Positions 48,591-60,749 of a stretch of 64,000 nucleotides of DNA are shown here, piece by piece; position 1 is the first letter of the stretch; every line of letters starts with the position of its first letter. The stretch is taken from assembly GCF_963921235.1 (NCBI RefSeq), contig NC_086098.1, forward strand, positions 154,318,001 to 154,382,000, read 5' to 3'. Position numbers and translations under genes: made by a program. This DNA comes from Mobula hypostoma. Lineage: Eukaryota. A model generated the notes under the pieces. The model saw only the letters and a list, made by a program, of their open reading frames with translations. It made no database searches and was not told the DNA's origin.

Positions 48591-51500
48591 AATACAAATG
48601 GTGAAGGACAAAGTAAAATTCATTTCTTTTAATGTCAATGAGCTGTTAAATGCATCAAACACAGTAAAATTCTATCAAAAATGAAAAAAAGGAAGCCCAT
48701 GTAATATATTTACAGGAAACTCACTTAATTGATAATGAGCATGGGAAATGAAAGAGAATGGGCTTCACTAATTTGTTTTTCTCCTCATATAAATCAGGAC
48801 ATAGGAGAGGAGTTGCTATTCTTATCTCAAGCAAGCTAAATTTTGAAAAGGTATTCGAAATGCGAGATAAGGAGGGCAGATATATTCTGGTAAGGGGGAA
48901 AATAGATGGAAATTCAGTTACTCTATTGAATATATATGCACCCAGAGGAAGTGATATTAAATTGTTAAGAAAATTACTAATATTATGGTAACAGAAACAG
49001 AAGGTCTCCTGATATGTGGAGGTGACTTAAATTTACAATTACAATGATAATGTTCTATGGGATACTCTGAAGGCTGTCTTAAGAGGGAAAATTATAGGGA
49101 TATCTTCATATAAGAAAAAATAAGGAATAAAGCGTTAGAGGAATTACAAAGCAAGCTGAAAGAACTAGAAAAAACACAAATTGAATTGGGCACAGGATAC
49201 ATTAGAGGAAATTTTAAAAAAACAGGAATGAAATTAATAGTTTGGCTATGCAAGAAATCAGGAAAAGTTTAAAGTTTCTGAAACAGAGATATTATGAAAG
49301 TAGATCCAAGTCTATGAAAATACTGGCATGGAAACTGAAGAAAATGATCACAAAAAATAGAATTCATAGAATTAGGGATCCAAGAACTAAAATGATTTTA
49401 AAAAATAAGCTAAGTGAAATTGAAGAAGCTTTTGAAGTGTTTTACCAAACTCTATATTCCAAAGTGACAGGAGGAAGCATGACCCAAATTGACACTTCCC
49501 TGAATCCTCTAGAGTTACCCACTTTAAGCGAAGAACAAAATAGAATGATGACTGCGGACATAACTGAAGTTGATCTAAAAGCTGCAATTAGTAGGCCTAA
49601 ATTAAGCAAGTCACCAGGTTCAGATGGTTATACGGCAGAGTGGTACAAAGAATTTAAAAATGAGTTAATTCCTGTCTTACTCCCCACACTGAACTGGGCT
49701 CTAAAAAAGGCACAAATGCCACCCAGCTGGAAGGAAGCAATAATCTCAGTTATACCGAAAGAAGGCAAGGAAAAAATGGAATGTGAGTCATTTAGACCAA
49801 TACACTTTCTTAATGTAGATTATAGGTTATTTAACTCCATAATGGCCAAACGATTAGTAGAGTTTCTACCCATACTGATAGATAAGGATCAGGCAGGTTT
49901 TATACAACAGCGCCAAACACAAGACAATATACGAAGGACACTTCACATTATGGATCATATAGGAAAAAAAATCGAAGCAATAGTGATAAGCGTGGATGCT
50001 GAAAAGGCATTTGACTCAGTTAATTGGAATTTTCTTCACAGAATTCTACATGGATTTGGTTTCCATGACACAATTATTAACACTATACAGGCACAATATG
50101 ACAACCCGACAGCTGGAATTAAAATCAATGGTTATTAAATCAAGTGGTTTTACCCTAGAAAGCGGCATGAGACAGGTTTGTGCATGCTCACCGCTACTCT
50201 TCGCATTATATCTGGAACCATTAGCTCACTACATGAGACAAAATGAAGATATCAGGGGAATTGCTATTAAAGGGACAGAGCATAAATTGGCCTGTTATGC
50301 GGATGACATTTTGATCTATGTAGGGCAACCAACATACTCTTTACCTAAGTTGATGCAATCCTTTGAGCAATATGGTCAATTATCAGGATACAAGATCAAC
50401 ACAGATAAAACCCAATTACTTTCATATAACTATAGCCCACCAAGAGAAATTGGAAGTAGATATCTCTGGGCATAGCAAACAGAGTCTGTCAAATATTTGG
50501 GCATCACTATGCCAAAAGCTTTGGCAAAATTATCAGAATGAAATTATCAGCCTATATGTAAAAAATTAAGGAAGATATAATAAGACGGACCTAATTCCTT
50601 TTCTTGGTCTCAATTCAAGGATTGAATCTATTAAAATGAATATACTGCCCAGACTACTATATCTCTTTCAGACCCTACCAATAGAGATTAACCAAAATCA
50701 ATTCAGTGAATGGAACAAGATGCTATCAAGATATATATGGCAAGGTAAAAGGCCTAGGGTTCATCTCAAAACTTTGCAATTAGCCAGAGAAAAGGGGGGA
50801 TGGGGACCACTTTTTCCTACAGATTATTATTTTGCAGCACAGTTGAGAGCTGTGATATGCTGGTGCAACCCATCATATGACACTCAATGCAAAAACATTG
50901 AGGAGAGGATACTTTCCATCCCCATATAGGCAATTTTAGCTGATAACAACCTACAAAGTTACATAAATAATATTGACAATCTGTGGGTGAAATGGACTCT
51001 TAAAATATGGAAAACTATTATAAAGGAATATAAACTAGAGAGAGACATTGCAATTCTTAAATGGTGTGCATATGACTCGGATTTTACGCCGAATAAACTG
51101 GATGCCAAATTTAAGGACTGGGCAGTTAAAGGAATAACTGTTCTTTGCAATATAATGAAAGAAGGAACACTGTTCAGTTTTGAAACGCTTAAAGAGAAAC
51201 ACTTATTAGAAAAACAAGACTCTTATCGGTATCTACAGATGCGACAGTATGTTAATAGGAGGATTAAAATGTAACCAAGGCAAGTACATGTTTGATAGAG
51301 TTATTTAGAAAAGTATATAATTCAGATAACGGTAGTAGAATGATTTCAAGCCTGTATAAGATTTTGTCAAATCTTAAAACACATTCGACTTCATACATTG
51401 AAACAAAATGGGAGAAGGAAGGAGGGATAATTATATCTGAGGAAGAATGGAGATTAATATGGAGGTATCAATGGAAGTGTACCAGTTCACAGAAATGAAG

Positions 51501-51904
51501 GGAGTTTGGATGGAAAAACTTGATAAGATATTTTATTACACACTCTCAGAAATCCCATTATGATAGTAACCTCCGTGTTTGCTGCAGAAATTGTGGAAAT
51601 CAAAATGCAAACCATTATCATATTTTCTGGAATTGCCCGTTATCAAAGACTACTGGAGTGAGATACACAATGCCCTACTAGACATTTTTAAATGTGACAT
51701 ACTCTTAGAAAGTAAGACCACATATTTTGGGTATGTACCTCAAGAATGGCTGAAAAGAGATAAATATTTAATGAATATACTGCCGGTAGCTGGTAAAAAG
51801 ACTCTTACCAGGAAATGGTTATCACAGGGGAGCCCAGCTTTAAACGCATGGATGGAAATTATAAAGGACATTTACAAAATGGAGAAGATAACATCATTCT
51901 TCTA

Positions 51905-52428
51905 GGGTGCAACACAACCTGGTATGGAAATTGTCCTGTCCAAGACCGAAATAAGCTGCAGAAGATGGTGATCACGGCGCAGCACATTACAGAAACCAAT
52001 CTTCCGTCCGTGGACTCACTTTACACCGCACGCTTTAGGAAAAGTGCTGCCAGGATAACTAAGGACACGACCCACCCAGCCAACACACTTTTCGTCCCTC
52101 TTCCCTCCGGGAGAACGTTTAGGCGCTTGAAGACTTGTACGGCCAGATTTGGGAACAGCTAACGGATCCTGACCCGGATCTGGGCCGTACCCTCTAAATA
52201 TCCGGATCTATCTCTCGGTTTTTTTGCACTACCTTACTTCCCATTTTTCTATTTTCTATTTATGATATATAATCTAAATTTTAATATTTAATAATTTTGA
52301 CTATTTTTTAATATTTAATCTTTGTAATCCAGGGAGTGTGAAGCGCAGATATAAATATCGCAGTGAAGATTGTACGTTCTAGTACTAATTGTTTGGTGAC
52401 AATAAGGAGTATAAAGTATAAAGTATCT
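51905..52428 (+). mobile_element. Rex1/Babar-type 3' fragment inserted near the end of L1 ORF2
   Basis: GCNTTWYGNCPVQDRNKLQKMVITAQHIT...THPANTLFVPLPSGR; tail taaagtataaagtat. L1 resumes at ctgttaatcataag. Confidence 0.8.
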
Positions 52429-52749
52429 GTTAATCATAAGTTGGAACAATTTGATTCATACCAAGAAAAATGGTTCAACTACTTAACACCTCATAGGCCT
52501 GATTTTATTCTCAGAAATCAATGAATATGTTGTAAAAATAAAAGATCACTCCCTACTTGTACATAGCTTACTCCTTTTGCTTGTTCTGTATTTGCTCTTT
52601 TTGCTATAGGTGTATACCTCAGATAACTATTTTGTGGAGATTTGTGGCAAATATGATTATATGATATATATGTACAATATCTGAAATACATTTTATGGAA
52701 ATGTTTGTTTGATGATGAACTTTAATAAAAAAAAATAAACTACAAAAAA

Positions 52750-53230
52750 CAGAAAGGGTGCAGAGGAGATTTACAAGGATGTTGCCTGGATTGGGGAGCA
52801 TGCCTCATGAGAATAGGTTGAGCGAACTCGGCCTTTTCTCCTTGGAGCGACGGAGGATGAGAGGTGACCTGATAGAGGTGTACAAGATAATGAAAGGCAT
52901 TGATCGTGTGGATAGTCAGAGGCTTTTTCTCCAGGGCTGAAATGGCTAGCACGAGAGGGCATAGTTTTAAGGTATTTGGAAGTAAGTAGAGAGGAGATGT
53001 CAGGGGTAGGTTTTTTATGCAGAGTGTGGTGAGTGCGTGGAATGGGCTGCCGGCGGCGCTGGTGGGGGCGGAAACGATAGGGTCTTTTGAGAGACTCCTG
53101 GATGACTACATGAAGCTTAGAAAAACAGAGGGCTAAGGGTAAAGCCTAGGTAGTTCTAAGGTAGGGACATGTTAGGCATAGCTTTGTTGGCCGAAGGGAC
53201 TGTATTGTGCTGTAGTTTTACTATGTTTCT
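52750..53230 (+). mobile_element. CR1 3' fragment
   Basis: QRRFTRMLPGL...RRRMRGDLIEVYKIM; tail ctatgtttcta. Confidence 0.88.
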
Positions 53231-53239
53231 AACTCTTGG

Positions 53240-56200
53240 CAAGCTCGGCAGATGGAGTTTCGGTGTTGACAGTCTGTAGGCTTCTGGTGAAATTCACCAC
53301 AACAGTAGCAGCAGTAACCCGGAGTATAATTCAGTGGTACAGGCGAGCAGGGTGGCAGTGATTGTCAGGAACACTACGAAGAAGGAGGTCACCTTCAAGC
53401 GGGAGATGCCGCTGGCGCATCTGTTCCTGGCGACGGTAATGTCCAGTGACATTGTGAGACAAGCCGGGGGGAAACTATTGAAAAAAGGGGAAAGTTGACC
53501 GCTGAGTCACTCAACGTCGAGGACTCCTCGGTTCCGGCGGGTTGGAACAGAAGGTTGGTAGAGAAGATGTTGAAGCCAGAAGATGTCTTTTGCACTGATG
53601 AGTTTGATGTGGGTTGTTTAAAGAGCACTCGTCACACTATTGGGGTGACCGAATACACCCCGTTTAGAAAGTCGTCGCGGAGGCTGGCCCTTGCAGATGT
53701 TCGGCAGCATTTGTGTAATTTAAAGGAAGCTGGGATCATCACCGAGTGCCGAAACGCCTATGCGTCCGCAATAATAGTGGCCGGAAAGAAGAATAGGAAG
53801 GTACGGACGTGTGTGGACTATAGGACCCTGACCTGTATATGGTCCCGAGGATTGAAGACTGCGCTGGCCTGCCTGAGTGTTGCGAAGTGGTTTAGTGTGC
53901 TAGACTTGAGGAGTGGATATTACCCGATCCCCATGAGTGAGGCCAACGAAGTGAAGACGGTATTTATATGTCCCCTGGGATTTTCCCAGTTCAAAAGAAT
54001 TCCCCGGGGCATATTGGGATCCGCTGCAACCTTCCAGCGGGTCATGGAGAAGACGGTAGGGGATAAGAACTTGCTTCAGGTATTGTGTGTCTAGATGACC
54101 TTATAGTGTTTGGATCCACCTTGGAAGAACATGAAGCGAGGCTGCTGAAGGTGCTGGGCCGCGTGAAAGCTGAAGGGATAAAACTTTCCCTGGACAAGTG
54201 CCAGTTCTGCCAAACGTCTGTTAGCTATGTTGGGCACATAGTCTCATGGGCAGGGTAGCTACAGATCCGGCTAAGCTAGAGACAGTGACCATTTGGCCAA
54301 GACCCCAGACTGTGAGCGCTGTGCACTCGTTCCTCGGGTTCTTTGGTTACTATCAAGAGGTTCGTTAAAGGCTACGCGAAAGTCACCCGTTGAATCAGCT
54401 TCTGTGCGATTACCCTCCCTTGGGGAAGAAAGGTTGGGGGGGGGGGAGGATGACAGGAGTGTGGATAGTATCTTAGCCCGTTGAAGCTCTTTGGACCGAG
54501 GTGGGATGCAAAATGTGAGAAGGCCTTTCAATCGCTGAAAGAGCAGTTGACCCAGGCGCTGGTGCTAGATTTGCAGATCCCTGATTGCCGTATGTACTGC
54601 AAACGGATACCAGCCGAGAGGGCTTAGCTGGCGTCCTGTATCAGGATCGGAGTCCCGTTGCATTTGTCAGCCGGAGTCTGTTGTCCTCCGAGAAAAACTA
54701 TCCCATGCACATTGGAATATCGGGCATTGAAATAGGCTGTGGTGGATAAGCTGAGTGACAACTGCTACGGGACTAAGTTTGAGCTGAGGACGGACAACAG
54801 CCCCCTAACTTACATCCTGACCTCGGCGAAAATGGATGCCACAGGCCATCTGTAGTTGGCAGCGTTGTCTGCCTATGATTTCAGCCTGAGGTACCGGCCG
54901 GGAAGCAGCAACATTGATGTTGATGCTTTGTCCCGACGGGCGCATGAGGGACTGGTCAGGGACGAGGAATGGGAGAATATTCCTGCCTCAGGAGTGAAGG
55001 GCATATGTCAGTTTGACATCACCGTGAAGGTAGAAGGAAAGGAGAGGCAAGATTGAGCGGTGGATCAATTGGGAGCTTCACATAAAGCGATTCTCCAAGC
55101 TTACAGTAACCTGGCTGCTCTGAAAACACATCAACTGCCGGAATTGAGCTCTGGGAACTGGCAGCTGCTCAGCGAGACGAGACACGCATCGGTACCATTT
55201 GGCCAGCGGTCGAAAAGAGAGACATTGTTCAGGCAGAGAAGACAAACCATGCGATGGTGCCCCCATTACTGAGAGAATGGCCTCGGCTGGAGTTGCGGAA
55301 CCAGATCCCGGATTGGGTCTCTTCACCACCGGGCCAACCTCGGCCTTGCCAGTTGGTTCTGCCGGCGAAGTATTGGAGGGTTCCGTTCGCGTCACTTCAT
55401 GATGATTCTGGACATTTGGGGGTCGAAAAGTCCTTTGAGTTGCTCAGAGACCGGTTTTACTGGCCCCGAATGAAGATGGAAGTTGAAGAATACTGCAAGT
55501 CGTGTGTTCGATGCATAAGACGGAAAGCTGCCTAGGCTGGCAGCTCCCTTGTCCCACTTGCAGAGTGCGGAGCCCCTGGACCTTGTGTGTATGGATTTCC
55601 TGCTAATTGAGCCCGATGCCAGCAACACGGCGAAGCTCTTAGTGTTCATGGACCACTACACTAGACATGCTCAGGCTTTTCCTACCAAAGACCAGAGGGC
55701 GTCTACGGTGGCAAAGTGCAATGGGAGAAATATTTCATTTATTATGACCTTCCCAGGCAGATATATAGTGATCAGGGACGGGATTTCGAGAGCAGACTCA
55801 TCCAAGTGTTACTGGTCATGCTTGGAATCGAGAAGTCGAGGACCACGCCCTATCATCGGAAGGGTGATCCCTAGCCCGAGAGGTTTAATCGACCTTGTTA
55901 GATGTGCTCGGAACCTTGGAGATCAGCAAGAAGAGCAAGTGGAGTCAACATATTGGACTCCTGGTCCACAGCTACAACTGTGCCTGAAATGAAGCTACCA
56001 GGTACTCACTCATGTTTTTGCGCAAGGCGAAGTTGCTCATTAACCTTTGTTTTTGGACTGACGAGGGCGACTTCCCACCGAAGATTTAACTGAAGTATCT
56101 GTCGGACATGAGAAAAGAGCTAAAAAGGGCTTATGAATTAGCTGGGGTCGCGACGGCCAAGCAGAATCAAGGAAATAAGAGGAGGTATGATCAAAAGGTG

Positions 56201-56820
56201 AGGTTCTCCCAGCTCCTGCCAGGAAACCGGGACTTCATAAGGAATTTGGGACTACCTGGGAAACGTAAGTTGCCGGACTGCTGGGCGCCTAAGTCCTGAA
56301 TGGTGGAGAGTCAAATGCCAAGCCTACTAGTTTTCCCGGTGAGATCAGAGGATGGGAAAGGGCCTGTCAATATTCTCCATCGGAACCACCTGCTGCCCCT
56401 TGGACAAGAGGTGCAGGTAGACCCAGAGCCCGACTTGGAACTTATACCTGGTAAGAAGATGCTGCAGAAACGCGGAACAGCTGCAGGGCCCACGGCAGGA
56501 GAGGTTAGACCGGCCCCCACCCCTGAGAGGGATACTGATTCGGAGGATGAGAACCTGGATGTGTGGTATATGCTGCCTTTGGCTATCACCCCGTTGTCTG
56601 AGGAAGAGACTTCCAGCCCTTCTTCCGCTCAGTCAGGTGAAATGTGGGGGGGGGGGGGGGAGGTGTGGCTATCTGTGGACAGCCGAGTTGCCTCGCCAGG
56701 TAGACCAGAAGTGTCCCCAGTAGTGTCTGAACCTGAAGAGTTACATGAAGGGATGGGGAGGTGGCACAGAATTAGGATATCACCGGATAGGCTGGCGTAT
56801 GTGGCACCAGGGCTGTCTTC
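53240..56820 (+). mobile_element. Ty3/Gypsy pol region (RT, RNase H, integrase), heavily frameshifted, no LTRs seen
   Basis: YASAIIVAGKKN, CVDYRTLT, SVLDLRSGYY, ATFQRVME, LDDLIVF; HDDSGHLGVEK, RFYWPRMK, PLDLVCMDFL, MDHYTRHAQAFP. Confidence 0.92.
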
Positions 56821-56922
56821 TCTAAGTTTAAGCCGGTAACCGAACGGAGAGTGACTTATATTTAAAAATTGAAACAATAAACGAACCGAAAGTTATTAAT
56901 GCCCGACATCTGATCCACCCGC

Positions 56923-56924
<2 letters not shown>

Positions 56925-56954
<30 letters not shown>

Positions 56955-56962
56955 GTCTCTCT
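56925..56962. repeat. (CT)n microsatellite
   Basis: ctctctct...ctgtctctgtctctct run seen directly. Confidence 0.9.
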
Positions 56963-58160
56963 CCATCTTCCTGTCATTTTGTTTCTCCTTAAGAGTCGAT
57001 GGAAGCAACTGAAATCTTTAAGCAGAACACGAAAAAATGCAAACAAGGTATACTTACGAAAAGCCATTCAGTTGAAATGTTCGGCTCTATATTCCCCTGA
57101 CAGCTATAGATGCTAAGTGACTTGCTGAGTATTCCCTGCATTCGCCAATTTGCTTCAGATCTAGAATAAAGATTAGGAGAAAATTTTTAAGACAGCGTGT
57201 GCAGAATCTGTGGAATTCATTGCCACAGATGGCTGTCGTGGCTCAGTCTTTCGGCATGTTCAAAGCGAAAATGGTTGGTTTCATCATTAGCAAGGGTGCC
57301 ATGGTTAAGGGGACAACCCAGGAGAAAGGGGTTGAGAGGGATAATAAATCAGCAAGGATGGACTGGCCGATCAGACCCGATGGGCCGAATGGCTTAATTC
57401 CGATCATATGTCTTAGTGTCTTATCAAAACCACCTTGCGTCAAGAAATTCTCACAATTGCTTCCAATTGAGAGGAAAATGCTGTTTTCCTTAAAGAGAAG
57501 ACGAGCCCAGTGTAAGTCCAAAGCAAGTGAAGTAGCTCTTCGGGAATGCTACCAAAGGAAGATTTGGTTGAGATTCGTGGACGCTTCCGGGCTGAGTTAC
57601 GGAGATATGTTGTGCAGGCTACGAGTTCCTACATTGTACCATGGGACAATGGAGGATATGATTTATAGAGGTATATAACAACAGGAGTGGCTTTGTCAAC
57701 GTGAAAGAAAGATCTAGAGGTGATAGGTTGAAGGAGAGAGGCGAGAAATTTTATAAGAGCCCGAGGTAAGCTTTTCACCCGGATGGTCGTCAATATATGG
57801 AACGATCAACCAGAGAAGTGTTTGCGGCAGATACGTTAACAACATTTAGAGGAAACTTGGGCAGTACATGGATAGGAAAGGTTTTGAGACAAATGCAGAC
57901 AAATAGGACGATCTTAGATGGGAATCTTGACCATGGGCTGTATTCCATGCTGTATGAATCTCAGACCCAGGGCTTTTTTAAAGCAGAATTAGATTTGAAC
58001 ATCGTCAGGTCGATGGTTCTGTGTGATTCAGTGAACTATCAGTGTTACATGCGCACTGTTTATTGAGCGAGAGGAGTCTCTTCTCTCATATCCTTTAGCT
58101 GTTTTATTGTTGTTTAATAATTATTATAAAGCTACCGGTTGTGTAATATGCTGTTCTGCT
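56962..58160 (+). repeat. Local duplication, copy 2 of 45915-47150
   Basis: Co-linear similarity with copy 1. Confidence 0.85.
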
Positions 58161-58400
58161 GTATCTTCCGCGTTTCATAAACATTTCCTCTTCTGCCCTG
58201 ATTACAAATCCATTGACCATAAATGCACTCTAGATCAGTGCGTCCCAATATTTTTTTTTATCCCAACGGTACCCTGAAGCTCTTTCAGACTTGACATCGG
58301 CTCACTAAAGTACTTTCATACTTGCCAACTCCCCTCTTAGGCACAATATACTTTCCAGCCCTACATAGTGTAAACAAACATGTCTACTACATGCTAACAT

Positions 58401-59922
58401 TGTCATGGTCCGGTCCGTGATGACTGCATTCTGGTTCACGGTCTGGTCTGTGGACTCAGGACTCCGGGTCTTCCGGCTGTCCCTCGTTTGCTTGAGTTAA
58501 TCACAGACACCTGATTCCCATCTTGGGGCTTGGAATATAAGTAGTCTTGGGGTTGAATGTGGACTGCTGGTTGGTCTTGTCAGTCCCCCTTGGAGCAACC
58601 TGCTGATGGATGGCTAGTGAAACCATTCGTGATCTCTAGGCCTAGTTGGAAGACCACCGCATCATGGAGCATTTATGCCATTCGTTGGAGTAGTCTTTGC
58701 CGTATGGATTCAGCTGTTTCCCGGTCCAGCTGAGTGGCCATCAGCCACTCCGAGCTAGGAAGGGTTCCGGCTGTTTCCGTAGACAGTGGAGGCTGCTGGC
58801 TGTAACTGCGACTCGGAGCAACCCCGAAGCAGAGATGGCAGTCTGTTGTTCTTTGGTGTTTGTCTCTTCCTGTCCTCGCCTCTGTGGGGTAAGTCAGGCC
58901 GTTTTTCCGTTGCCCTGCGGGGGGAAATATCTTGTCGTTCCCTCTGTTGGGTAAGTCCGGCCGTTCTGCTGTTACCCAACAGGTGGACCTGTCCCACCTT
59001 GGTGTGGAGAGGTTCAGTCCGGGCTTGTCTAAGTATAAGTCCTGGCTCTATGTCTATGTACTGTCCTTTCTCATGTTGGTGTCGTATTAACGATGAGTCC
59101 CGGCTTTTCGAAGGATAAGTCCTGGTTCTATGTTGATGTTCAGTTCCCAGTCTGTCTCTCAGTTCCAGCCTCCGAGTTATCAGCCTCCGCATTTCAAGAC
59201 GAAGATCCCGCAGCCAAGCTCCAAGAACCCAAGCCTCGAAGATCCCAAGCCAAGCTCCAAGAACACAAGCCTGAAGTCCCCAGCCTGCAGCCAAGCGCAC
59301 GACCCAAGGCCCCAGACTGCAGCCAAGCGCACGACCCAAGGCCCCAGCCTGCAGCCAAGCGCACGACCCAAGGCCCCAGCCTGCAGCCAAGCGCACGACC
59401 CAAGACCCCAGCCTGCAGCCAAGCGCATGACCCAAGACCCCAGCCTGCAGCCAAGCGCACGACCCAAGACCCCAGCCTGCAGCCAAGCGCAAGACCCAAG
59501 ACCCCAGCCTGCAGCCAAGCTCAAGACCCAAGACCCCAGCCTGCAGCCAAGCTCAAGACCCAAGACCCCAGCCTGTCTTCAAGCTCAAGACCCAAGACCC
59601 CAGCCTGTCTTCAAGCTCAGGCATCTGGACCGCAGCCACGTCCTGTCCTGAAACCATGTCATGTCTTTGCCTGGTTCTGGGGTCCGAGCCCGAGGCAAGA
59701 CCCAGGTTCTGTTTCCTTGTTCAGTCTCGGGCTCGGAGCCGTAGCCTTGTCTCCTTGTTCATGGTTTATAGTCCTGGTCCCGCTTTCCCTAGCCCAAGTC
59801 TGCGTTCTTGTTCCTGCTCCTGGTCTGAATTCTGTCAGGACCCTACTCTAGTCAAGTCCTGTTCCTTGTACTTCAGTGTCTGTGTCTTGCATCCGGGTCC
59901 GTTACCAGTCCCCCATGTGACA
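58401..59922 (+). mobile_element. Solo LTR (1522 bp) with 5-bp TSD AACAT
   Basis: Termini TGTCATGG...CCATGTGACA; AACAT at 58396-58400 and 59923-59927. Both ends are related to the LTR at 15654-16693. Confidence 0.9.
59281..59620 (+). repeat. 32-bp tandem repeat, about 10.6 copies, inside the solo LTR
   Basis: Unit cagcctgcagccaagcgcacgacccaagaccc starts at 59281, 59313, 59345 ... 59601. Confidence 0.95.
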
Positions 59923-60749
59923 AACATGAGAAAAACATGCTTTAAATTTTTATTAGTCCTTAAATCTAGCTTTCAAGGTACCTGTGCGCTGCCCTGCAGC
60001 TTCGATATCAATGTGATCCTTGAGCTTGATGGATTGTTTTAAGTAAGATTTGAAATATATTGTTCAAGTTGACCCGCAAGATATCATAATTCCCAAAGAA
60101 GACGAGGTCGCTTTGAACATCTTAAGAGAAATCCTCGAGGTCCGCAAGTTCACTGATTGGCTCTATTTCACCGTTTGGTTCCGTCCAGCTCTATTGCGCG
60201 ACCTGTTTCCTTCAGATCTGCAGAGAACGTTGAGAGGGTATACTTGGCCAACCAACTTTTAAATGAACTCTTTCCGTGCCACGACTCAAGTGGAACTGTC
60301 GGACACTCTAGCTGCTAATTTATACATCTCCAATAATATAAGTTTGGTTGGTAAGTTCGGATGAGATTGCCCACTTACAGACACATTGTGAAGACGAGGG
60401 CTCACCGACTGCAGAGCTACGGCTCTTCCCGTGTCCAGTGCCACACTTTTTTTTGTTAGGAAGTGCCTCCTCTACTAACGGTCTGTCTGGTCTCATGCCT
60501 CAGGTTGGGGTGCCGCCGACCACAACCCAAGTCCCGAAGAATCTTGAATTTCCCCGACGACTTTCATTTCCCCTAATGCACCCTTAGGACACGTAACTGC
60601 CCCCTTGGGGGCGGAGCCGCCACTGTTTGAAGTAACTGCTGGATTAATTTTCAATCCAGATAGATTTGTTTTATGGGAAGGATGTAAAAGAGAAATAGAG
60701 GTCATTTAAAGGTGAAATTCTGAGGGTAAGGGATTTTTATGTTCCTGTT

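Larger units (their letters stand above)
47780..52745 (+). mobile_element. L1-clade LINE (ORF1 end, spacer, ORF2 APE-RT-Zn knuckle, poly-A), disrupted
   Basis: SFNVN and LQETHL-like motifs at ~48625-48725; RRGVAILIS, DKEGRYILV, KSPGSDG, SVDAEKAFDSV, RQVCACSPLLF, YADDILIY, CCRNC; A-rich tail aataaaaaaaaataaactacaaaaaac at ~52725-52750. Confidence 0.92.
58237..60630. mobile_element. Probable non-autonomous hAT element hosting the solo LTR
   Basis: Left end cagtgcgtcccaa; 58300-58400 aligns with the hAT end at 27095-27200; the right end has hAT-like subterminal gcccccttgggggcgg. Confidence 0.45.

Noticed and set aside
58755-59851. Several overlapping long ORFs on both strands (up to 258 aa)
   Set aside because: Artefact of the stop-free 32-bp tandem repeat inside a solo LTR; no domain content.
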